NCBI GenBank assembly: GCA_041617155.1
Contig: JBFJPL010000010.1
Coordinates: 197-64,196, forward strand
DNA from: Kiloniellales bacterium
GTDB lineage: Bacteria; Pseudomonadota; Alphaproteobacteria; Kiloniellales; JAKSDN01
Direction: 5' to 3'
DNA: 64,000 nt
Shown piece after piece: positions 56,626-64,000 of this stretch. Both the position numbers and the translations under genes were made by a program. The notes beneath the pieces are model-generated. The model saw nothing but the letters and a program-made list of their open reading frames with translations, did no database searches and was not told the origin of the DNA. The first letter of the stretch is position 1. The number at the start of each line of letters is the position of its first letter.

Positions 56626-58356
56626 TCAATTCTGAGGGGCGGCAAAAAATCCGGAAAGGTAGCGAACCTTGGTGAAGCTGCGGCTGATCTTGCCTGACGA
56701 GGTGAGCGGCAGGCTGCGAACCGGCGCCAGCACGACCTTGGTGTCGACGCCGACGGACTTGCGCACGATCGTCGCGATCTCGTTTGCCAGGGTCGCGCGC
56801 TCCTCCTCCTCCCGGCTTCTGCATTGGACGACGGTGACGACTTCCTCGCCGTTCTCCGGCGATTCCACCGAGAAAGCCGCGACGTCGCCGTTCTTTATGC
56901 CGGCCAGGCGTTCAACCGCCCACTCGATGTCCTGAGGCCAGATGTTTCGGCCGTTGCAGATGATCAGATCCTTGGCGCGCCCGGTGATGACCAGTGAACC
57001 GTCGATCATATAGCCCAGGTCGCCGGTGTCGAGCCAGCCGTCTTCCGAAAGCACGGCGGCGGTCTTCTCCGGGTCCTGGAAGAAGCCGCTCATCAGGCTC
57101 GGCCCTTTGACCATAACCCGCCCGACCTGACGATCGGGTAGCAGCGTGCCGTCCTCGTCCCTGATCTCGATTTCGTGCCCGCCCATCGCCGTGCCGCAGA
57201 GCACCAGGGAGCGCGCGTCCTCGACCGGCGTGTCGGCCGTCGCCGGCACCGCTTTGCCGCTCCGGGCCAGCTCGCGCTTGTCGATCCGGTCGGTCTCGAA
57301 CTCCTCGGCCAGGGGCGCGAAGCTGACCGCCAGGGTGGATTCGGCCAGGCCGTAGCTCGGCACGAAGGCCGAGCGCTTGAATCCGAACTCCTTGAAGGTC
57401 TCCGCGAATCGGTTGAGCACGCCCGCGCGGACCATGTCGCCGCCGATGCCGGCGACCCGCCATGCCGAGAGGTCGAGCGAAACTTCCGAACCGTTGCTGC
57501 CCCGGCGCTGGCACAGGTCGTAGCCGAAGGAGGGGCTGAAAGCCAAGGTGCCGCCGTTCTCGGAGAGCAGCCGCAGCCACAGCAGGGGACGCCGGGCGAA
57601 GTCCGAGGTGGCGAGGTAGTCGATCGAAAGCTGTGACAGCATGGGACAGATGCTGAATCCGACCAAACCCATGTCGTGGTACAGCGGTAACCAGCTGGTG
57701 CAGCGGTCGCCCTCGCGGGCGTCCAGGCCGTGAATCATGATCGCCCGGCAGTTGCTGGTGATCGAGCGCTGCGAGATGACGATGCCCTTGGGGTCGCTCG
57801 TGCTGCCGGAGGAGTATTGAATGTAGGACGGATCGTCCGGGCCCGCCGGCCGCGGGTCGGGGCCTTCGGGCAGGGCGCAGAACTCCTCCGGGGTGCCGGC
57901 CATCGCGACTTCGAACCCCTCGAGCGCCTCGCGCAACATGCCGATCATGTGGGTCGATGCCACGGCCGCCGCCGGCAGGGCCGAGCCGATCATGCGCCGG
58001 ATCTGCTGAAGGTAGGCCTCCTTGGCGCCGAGGTTCATCGGCACGGGCAGCTGCATCGGAAGCAAGCTGGCGTACTGGCAGGCATAGAAGAAGCGGTGGA
58101 AATCGGGCGTCGTCTCGGCCACCAGAGCGACGCGGCTGCCCGGCTCCAGCCCGAGCTTGATGAGCTTTCGAGCCAGAGAAATCGCGTCTTCGCGCATTTC
58201 GGCGTAGCTCAGACTGGCCTGAAGCTCACCCCTGATCGAGTAGAAGTTGCAGCCGGCCTCGCCCTTGGCGGCATAGTCGAGCCCCTCGGCGAGTGTTTCG
58301 AATTTTCCGCGCATGAACGGCAGGGAGCTGGAGGATGTCGGCGTGGGGCGTTGCAT
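56626..58356 (-). CDS. Fatty acyl-AMP ligase / acyl-ACP synthetase
   Basis: 576 aa with the AMP-binding motif YIQYSSGSTSDPKG, plus TGDLGY and the C-terminal SSGKISR. Confidence 0.9.
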   Translation of the reverse strand: MQRPTPTSSSSLPFMRGKFETLAEGLDYAAKGEAGCNFYSIRGELQASLSYAEMREDAISLARKLIKLGLEPGSRVALVAETTPDFHRFFYACQYASLLPMQLPVPMNLGAKEAYLQQIRRMIGSALPAAAVASTHMIGMLREALEGFEVAMAGTPEEFCALPEGPDPRPAGPDDPSYIQYSSGSTSDPKGIVISQRSITSNCRAIMIHGLDAREGDRCTSWLPLYHDMGLVGFSICPMLSQLSIDYLATSDFARRPLLWLRLLSENGGTLAFSPSFGYDLCQRRGSNGSEVSLDLSAWRVAGIGGDMVRAGVLNRFAETFKEFGFKRSAFVPSYGLAESTLAVSFAPLAEEFETDRIDKRELARSGKAVPATADTPVEDARSLVLCGTAMGGHEIEIRDEDGTLLPDRQVGRVMVKGPSLMSGFFQDPEKTAAVLSEDGWLDTGDLGYMIDGSLVITGRAKDLIICNGRNIWPQDIEWAVERLAGIKNGDVAAFSVESPENGEEVVTVVQCRSREEEERATLANEIATIVRKSVGVDTKVVLAPVRSLPLTSSGKISRSFTKVRYLSGFFAAPQN

Positions 58357-58659
58357 CGGCTAGGGCTGAAACTCGCACAGAGGACAAAACGGCCCGGTCG
58401 GCGCCAATACCGGTCCGAAGGAATTACGCCTAGTTAGTCTTAAGATTGTCTTGCACATGGTCTTTCGATACCCGCGGACAGAATCGGCGGGACACGAACC
58501 GCTCGCGGGCCCGCTGGCCACATCCAATAGCCGGGGAGGGATGTTTTCTCCCGTATTTTCCGGAAAATGCAAGAACAAAGTTTGCGGCAAGCAGCGCCGG
58601 CGGAGCGGTCGGACCGGCGGCGGCATGACGCGCGGCAAGCCCCGCGGCGGGACTTGCCG

Positions 58660-60378
58660 TCAAAGCGAAGTGGCTTGAGGTTCGGCTTCCGGCGTGACGG
58701 CGAAACGATCGGCGCCCAGTTCGTAGACCCGGTCGGCCGCGTCGAGCCACGCCGGCCGGTGGGTGATCGCCAGGATCGTGACAGAGTCCGCCAGACTGCG
58801 GATATTGCGGCAGATCGCCGCTTCGGTTTCCGGGTCGAGCGCGGAGGTCACCTCGTCCAGGATGAGCAGCGCGGGATTATGGACCAGGGCGCGGGCCAGG
58901 GCGATCCGCTGGCGCTGGCCGCCCGAGAGCCTGGCGCCGCGTTCGCCGACCAGCGTCATCATGCCCTCCGGCAGGGCGGAGACGAACTCCCAGGCATCCG
59001 CGGCTTCGAGCGCGGCCTGCGCCTGCTCGGCGCTGAACGAGTTGTCGCCGAGCGTCACGTTGGCCAAGACCGTATCGTGGAAGAGTATGAGCTCCTGGGG
59101 CACATAGCCGATCATTGCGCGCCAGGCATGGAGATCGACCTGTTCCAGCGGCACGCCGTCAATCAGAATTTCGCCCTCGTCCGGCCGGTAAAGCCCCAGC
59201 AGGAGATCGGTCAAGGTGGTCTTGCCGACACCGGACGCGCCCATGATCACGGTCACCTTGTTGGCCGGCACCTCCATCGAGATGTTCTCCAGGACCTGGT
59301 TGTCGCCGAACGCGAAGGAGATGTCGTGCATAGTGCAGCCTTCGTTCAAGGTCGGATGCTGTGTGCCGTGCACCACCTCGCGTTCCAGCTTGGATTGGTC
59401 GACCAGCTTGTGGATCGCCCAGTAGGCGCTTTCGACGATCGACGCTTCCTGCAGCAGTTTCTGAATGCGGTTGACCCGCGACACCGTGCGTTGCAGCACG
59501 AGCCCCATGACAAACAACTCGGTGAGCGGCTGCTGCAGAAACCGGACCGCCAGATAAAAGCCGACCACCAGGCACAACGTCAAGATCGGTTCCTGCAGGT
59601 TGCGCATCAGCTGGGTGCTGAGGGTTTGCCGCCGCAAAGCCTGTCTCAGGTCGTCGATCTTGTTTTCGAACAGCTGGGCGAAATGGCCTTGCCGGCCCAT
59701 GGCCTTGAGCGGCTTGATGCCAACGAGCGCGTCGCTCAAGTGCACCACAAGCTCCTGCGTGCGCTTGGTCTGCCGCCGGCCCGCCTTCCTGGCGGTTCGC
59801 ACCATGGAGCTGAGCAGGAGGGCGATCAGTCCGCCGATCAGCAGCGCGACCAGCGCCAGTTGCCACGACAGCAACAAGGCCACGGCGATATAGACCGCGC
59901 ATTGCACGATGCTCGCGATGAACTGAACGGCCAGGACAAAGGCTTGGGCTGAACGCGATGCTTCGAAACTGACCGCATTGGCCAGTCGGCCGACCGGTTG
60001 GCCGATGAAAAAACTCCACTTCGCGCGCATCAGGTTGTCGATCAGCTTGGTGCGCAACTCGGTCGCGACCTCCGCCGCGGCGTAGCCGACATGGCGCATG
60101 GCCAGGAGGCTGAGGCCGGATTTCAGGACTATACCGCCCAGCACCACGAGAATCAGGATTTCGAGGTTGGCCGGCAGGCCGAGGCGATCCAGAGATTCGA
60201 AAATGACCTTGCTGGCCGTCGATGTTCCGCCGTCGGACCCTGCGCCGGCGACGGACAGCAGCGGCAGCAGGCTGGTCAGGCCGATCCCCTCGGCCAGGCC
60301 GGCCAGCAGCAGCAGGCCGAGAACGGTCCAACGGATCCGCGCCTTGGTGGCGAAAAAGATGCCTAGTACACCGCGCAT
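58660..60378 (-). CDS. ABC exporter, fused permease-ATPase (MsbA-like)
   Basis: Part of ORF 58660..60456 with ATG at 60378. It has a six-TM N-terminal half. Walker A is GASGVGKTT, the signature is LSGGQRQRIALARAL, and LILDEVTSALD is present. Confidence 0.9.
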   Translation of the reverse strand: MRGVLGIFFATKARIRWTVLGLLLLAGLAEGIGLTSLLPLLSVAGAGSDGGTSTASKVIFESLDRLGLPANLEILILVVLGGIVLKSGLSLLAMRHVGYAAAEVATELRTKLIDNLMRAKWSFFIGQPVGRLANAVSFEASRSAQAFVLAVQFIASIVQCAVYIAVALLLSWQLALVALLIGGLIALLLSSMVRTARKAGRRQTKRTQELVVHLSDALVGIKPLKAMGRQGHFAQLFENKIDDLRQALRRQTLSTQLMRNLQEPILTLCLVVGFYLAVRFLQQPLTELFVMGLVLQRTVSRVNRIQKLLQEASIVESAYWAIHKLVDQSKLEREVVHGTQHPTLNEGCTMHDISFAFGDNQVLENISMEVPANKVTVIMGASGVGKTTLTDLLLGLYRPDEGEILIDGVPLEQVDLHAWRAMIGYVPQELILFHDTVLANVTLGDNSFSAEQAQAALEAADAWEFVSALPEGMMTLVGERGARLSGGQRQRIALARALVHNPALLILDEVTSALDPETEAAICRNIRSLADSVTILAITHRPAWLDAADRVYELGADRFAVTPEAEPQATSL

Positions 60379-60570
60379 CGCGTTTGCAGTTCCGTGATTT
60401 GCCCGTTCAGCTGCCCGGACGGGGCGCCCCGCTTCTTGCTCGCCGCAGGCTAACAAATCGCTGGTTTAGGGCTTCCTAACAGACTTCCCAATGTGACTCC
60501 AGTCGACTTTGGCCGGCATCGGCGCGGCGTGCGAGGCCGTAGGCGCCGTCCGATCGCCGGACCGCGGCTC

Positions 60571-61104
60571 TCAGCGGACCGGCCAGAGACCGCGCAAGTG
60601 CGCGATCAATGCCTTTCTTTGGCCCTGGTCCAGCTCGGTGTGGGCCCCCAGGTTGGGCAACGCCGGCCAGCCGGGATCATCGAAGGAAACGCCGCCGAAC
60701 GCGCGGGGCTCGGCATATCTGGGCAGCACATGGAAATGGACGTGAGGGTCGACCATCATGAGCATGAGGTAGTTGATCTTGTCGTAGGCGAAGGCCTTGC
60801 CCAGGGTGGTTTCGATATCGGCGGTCACGGTACCGAGGTTGTCGAACGCCGGCTGGCCGATGGCCGCAAAGGCCGTTGCCGGTTGCTTGCAGGCCAGGAC
60901 CAGGGCGCCCAGCGTGGCTTGCTGCGGGCGCAAGAGGATTACCCAGTGGTCGTAGTCCGCCAGCAGCGTCTCGGGATAGCCGAACTTGGCGATGGTCTGG
61001 TTCGCGGCCGGTGACGTGGCGGTTGGCTCGGACAACGGATCTCTCCAAACGAATGTCGGAACGTCGGCCGCCGGTCTATGCGCCGCTGTGCGGACGACGG
61101 CCAA
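60571..61104 (-). CDS. HIT-family nucleotide hydrolase/transferase
   Basis: 177 aa (TTG start, N-terminus uncertain). The histidine triad is HVHFHVLPR. Confidence 0.75.
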   Translation of the reverse strand: MAVVRTAAHRPAADVPTFVWRDPLSEPTATSPAANQTIAKFGYPETLLADYDHWVILLRPQQATLGALVLACKQPATAFAAIGQPAFDNLGTVTADIETTLGKAFAYDKINYLMLMMVDPHVHFHVLPRYAEPRAFGGVSFDDPGWPALPNLGAHTELDQGQRKALIAHLRGLWPVR

Positions 61105-61307
61105 ATCTAGCCGTCACGGCCGCCAATCGCAAAGCCCATGCCGTGGCGGCATTTGCATTCGCCGCCAAATCGATTATGTACCCACGGCAGTAAATCGAAG
61201 TGACCGGCGGCCTGGAGCGCCAGCGCGGCGCCCGCCTGCCGCGACAGCTTTGGAGTTCGGCGTTGGTGCAGACAAGCGATTCGGCGCGGGGTAGAGCGCC
61301 CGGCCTT

Positions 61308-62453
61308 ATGGTGATCGGCCAGTGTGATACCAAGATCTGGGGATTGGCGCCGGGCGAACGCCATATCCGCGCCTTCGCACGGGCCGGCGTATCCTCGCTC
61401 GTCAAGACCAGCGAGCCGGCTCCGGCCGAGGGTTCCGTGGTCATGATCCGGGCCGAATACGTGATCGCTGAGGAACTGGTCCGCGCCCTGGTGGAAACGC
61501 CCGGCGTGATCCTGGCGGTCGAGGGGCGGCGCGCCGGCGAGAAGCTCGCCGTCGCGGCCCACGCGGAGGCGGCCGATGCCGAGGCGGTCGCCGCGTTCCT
61601 GACGCGCGGCGCCTTCGGCCCGGACGATTCGGCACCCAGGGGCTTGCGCGTTCTGGGACCTGGCGAAATCGGCTCCCAGTACAATCAGATGCTGCGCAAG
61701 CGGATGGTTCCCTTCGTGCTGTCGCTGGCCGACCAGCCGCTCGCCGAGATCGAGAAAACGACCTTCAGCGCGGTCTACAAGGGCTCGACCGACTTCGTCA
61801 CCAAGTGGTGCTGGCCGTTGCCCGCGCGCTGGGCCACGCGCTGGGCGGCCGCCTGGCACATCACCCCCAACACGATCACGACGGTCAGCCTGGTGTTCGT
61901 CGTCCTGGCGACCTATCTCTTCGCCCAAGGTGATTTTCTGGCCGGCGTCGCGGCGGCCTGGTTCATGACCTTCCTGGACACGGTCGACGGCAAGCTGGCC
62001 CGGGTGACACTGACCTCCTCCAAGTGGGGCAATCTCTACGACCACGGCATCGATCTGATCCACCCGCCGTTCTGGTGGGGCGCGTGGTGGTTCGGCCTCA
62101 AGGGCGTGAGCGATCCGGCCCTGCAGTCCTCGCTCGACCTGGCGCTCTGGATCATCCTGGTCGGCTATGTCGCCGGCCGCCTGTTGGAGGGCGTTTTCCT
62201 CTGGAGCTTCAAGATCCAGACCCATATCTGGCGCCCGGTCGACCACTACTTCCGTACGATCACCGCCCGGCGCAATCCCAATCTGGCGATCATGATGGTC
62301 GGTGCGCTGTTCGGCCGCCCCGATCTCGGCTTCCTGGCGGTCGCCGGCTGGACCGTGTTCTGCCTGCTGTTCCATGCCGTGCGCGTCCTGCAGGCGCTGG
62401 CCGTCCACACGCGCGGCGGGCGGATCAGCTCCTGGCTGAAGGAGCCGGGCTAG
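61308..62453 (+). CDS. CDP-alcohol phosphotransferase with about 190-aa N-terminal cytoplasmic domain
   Basis: Part of ORF 61200..62453 (GTG) with ATG at 61308. The full family signature D-x2-DG-x2-AR...G-x3-D-x3-D is present as DTVDGKLARVTLTSSKWGNLYDHGIDLIH. The C-terminal half is multi-TM. Confidence 0.85.
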   Translation: MVIGQCDTKIWGLAPGERHIRAFARAGVSSLVKTSEPAPAEGSVVMIRAEYVIAEELVRALVETPGVILAVEGRRAGEKLAVAAHAEAADAEAVAAFLTRGAFGPDDSAPRGLRVLGPGEIGSQYNQMLRKRMVPFVLSLADQPLAEIEKTTFSAVYKGSTDFVTKWCWPLPARWATRWAAAWHITPNTITTVSLVFVVLATYLFAQGDFLAGVAAAWFMTFLDTVDGKLARVTLTSSKWGNLYDHGIDLIHPPFWWGAWWFGLKGVSDPALQSSLDLALWIILVGYVAGRLLEGVFLWSFKIQTHIWRPVDHYFRTITARRNPNLAIMMVGALFGRPDLGFLAVAGWTVFCLLFHAVRVLQALAVHTRGGRISSWLKEPG

Positions 62454-62723
62454 GAGCCTGTCCGAGTATTGGTCATGGACTGCATCGGTCGGACAGACGC
62501 GAGGGTTAGGAGCGGAGGCGCGGGCGATGCCGTGTGCATCGGCAAGCCTTCGCGACGCGGCACTCGCGTCTGTCCGGCCGACCCGGAGGGCCGCGTTTTC
62601 AAGGCCCTGGGCCGTCGTCCGGCACCGCTTGCGATGCGCACGGCATCGCGGCGCGGCACCGTCCTAGCCCAAGGCCTTGAAAACGCGGTGCAGCCCGTGA
62701 CCAATACTCGGATAGGCTCCTAG
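62450..62723. mobile_element. 274-bp MITE-like element with 29-bp terminal inverted repeats
   Basis: The left end is CTAGGAGCCTGTCCGAGTATTGGTCATGG. The reverse complement of the right end is CTAGGAGCCTATCCGAGTATTGGTCACGG, giving 27/29 identity. Internal nested inverted repeats are present. It has TA (or CTAG) flanks. Confidence 0.65.
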
Positions 62724-62730
62724 GGAAAAG

Positions 62731-63441
62731 ATGTCGGGCGACCAGCCACCAGACGAATCCGCAGGCGGGCCGGCGCGGCCCGTGGCGGTGGTCTTCGACC
62801 TCGACCGGACGGTCACCAAGTGGGGCACCTTCACGCCGTTCCTGCTGTTCGCGGCACGCGGCCGGCCCTTGAAATTTCTTCTGATCGGGCCGCTTCTGGT
62901 CGCCGCCCTGGGCTACAAGCTGGGCCTGATCAGCCGCGGGCGACTCAAGGAAATCATGCTCACATCCGTGCTCGGCGGGGCGACGCGCGACGAGGTGGCG
63001 GCGCTTTCCGCGGCCTTCGTCGAACGGCGCGTAAACTGCGGCTTGCGGCCGGGCGCGCTGCGGGCCATCGCCGAACATAAGGCCAAGGGCTGTTATTTGA
63101 TCCTTGCAACGGCGAGTTTCGAATTCTATGTAGAGCGCTTGGGGCATCAGCTGGGCTTCGATAGGGTTGTCGCCACCCGGTCTCTTTGGGACGAGGGAGG
63201 GCGTCTCGTCGGACGGATCGATGGCGAGAACTGCTACGGGGCGGAAAAGCTGAGGCGCTTGGAAGAAGCTCTGCCCGATTTGAGCGCACGTTATCGGGTG
63301 GTCGCCTATTCCGACAGCCACGCTGATGAGCCGCTGCTCCGTTGGGCGGATATCGGCATTGCCGTGAATCCGACACGAAAACTACGCAGACGTGCAAAAG
63401 CGGGGAATTTCGAGCTTGTGGACTGGAACAGCACAGCGTGA
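62731..63441 (+). CDS. HAD-IB family phosphatase (SerB-like)
   Basis: 236 aa with motif I VVFDLDRTV, ILATAS, and motif IV YSDSHADEPLL. Confidence 0.85.
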   Translation: MSGDQPPDESAGGPARPVAVVFDLDRTVTKWGTFTPFLLFAARGRPLKFLLIGPLLVAALGYKLGLISRGRLKEIMLTSVLGGATRDEVAALSAAFVERRVNCGLRPGALRAIAEHKAKGCYLILATASFEFYVERLGHQLGFDRVVATRSLWDEGGRLVGRIDGENCYGAEKLRRLEEALPDLSARYRVVAYSDSHADEPLLRWADIGIAVNPTRKLRRRAKAGNFELVDWNSTA

Positions 63442-63552
63442 TCGCCAACGGCTGCGCCGCCGCCGTTCCGGTCACAAAGTTTACACAACTTAATCAACCC
63501 TTAACCCGCCACACCCCATCTATTCGACCCCTAGCGATATTGGATAGGCAGA

Positions 63553-64000
63553 ATGAAAGCAGTGATCTTGAGTGCGGGCCAGGGCTCTCGCCTGCTGCCC
63601 TTGACCGAAGACCGTCCGAAATGCCTGCTTCCGATCAACTCGTCCCGCCTGATCGAGCTTCAGGTCCAGAACTTGGTCGCTTGCGGCATCGACGAAGTCG
63701 CCGTGGTCGTCGGTTTTCGGGCCGCCGCGGTCGAGACGTTCCTCGACGTCTTCCGGCGCGCCGGGCTGGCCATCCGTACCCTGTTCAATCCCTTTTTCAA
63801 TGTCGCCGACAACCTGGCGAGCTGCTGGATGGCGCGCGATGAAATGGACCGGGATTTCATTCTGCTGAACGGCGATACGCTGTTCGAGCCGGCGGTGCTC
63901 GACGAGCTGCTGAACGCGCCGCCGGCGCCGGTGACCTTGGCGATCGACCGCAAGGCGGCCTATGATTCCGACGACATGAAGGTGCGGCTCGACGGCTCCC
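63553..64000 (+). CDS. Nucleotidyltransferase (cytidylyltransferase-like, LicC/IPCT-type), 3' end beyond window
   Basis: Hand translation from ATG at 63553 gives MKAVILSAGQGSRLLPLTEDRPKCLLPI...ILLNGDTLF. This is the G-x-G-x-R-L...K NTP-transferase signature. The frame stays open to the window edge. Confidence 0.85.
   Translation, partial: MKAVILSAGQGSRLLPLTEDRPKCLLPINSSRLIELQVQNLVACGIDEVAVVVGFRAAAVETFLDVFRRAGLAIRTLFNPFFNVADNLASCWMARDEMDRDFILLNGDTLFEPAVLDELLNAPPAPVTLAIDRKAAYDSDDMKVRLDGS

Noticed and set aside
62450-62723. Two mirror-image 84-aa ORFs (62450..62704 - and 62469..62723 +) with similar C-termini (..TNTRTGS and ..TNTRIGS).
   Set aside because: They are a by-product of the inverted-repeat structure of the MITE-like element. 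They have no RBS and an Arg/Gly/Pro-rich composition.

Overview
GC-rich segment (about two-thirds G+C by eye, not computed). The protein families and REP-like hairpin repeats look alphaproteobacterial. I support about 58 protein-coding genes, two gene remnants, several dispersed repeats or MITE-like elements and a few terminators. I saw no rRNA, tRNA or CRISPR array. Left part (1-14 kb): a BTAD-TPR regulator, two tandem secreted beta-helix paralogs with poly-Asp tracts, glutaminase, and a minus-strand run of lipid-hydrolase-like genes (patatin, YiiX-like, DUF2235) with two unknown envelope proteins. Middle (14-43 kb): ordinary metabolism and transport. This includes a PotABCD-type ABC operon, a tungstate tupBCA operon split by a repeat, an MFS transporter, ADH, an M14 peptidase, serine-glyoxylate aminotransferase, gpx, tspO and fdhD-mobA. 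It also holds a B12-binding radical SAM gene, an FAD monooxygenase and a PhyH dioxygenase. Right part (43.7-64 kb) is the most interesting. It carries a bacterial ceramide core: spt, acp, an SDR reductase, an acyl-AMP ligase and a GNAT-type candidate ceramide synthase. That core is interleaved with lptFG, a DAG-kinase-family lipid kinase and a Tam41/Mmp37-like nucleotidyltransferase. It is followed by an MsbA-like exporter, a HIT protein, a CDP-alcohol phosphotransferase, a HAD phosphatase and a cytidylyltransferase-like gene. I read this as a candidate pathway for a phospho-sphingolipid head group, possibly via CDP-ceramide, and I cannot assign it to a described system from the sequence alone. 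All functional calls come from motif and family recognition by eye on the supplied ORF translations. Start codons were refined by hand from in-frame Met, RBS-like purine runs and ATGA/GTGA overlaps. The ORF track uses GTG/TTG as well as ATG starts. No database search was run.
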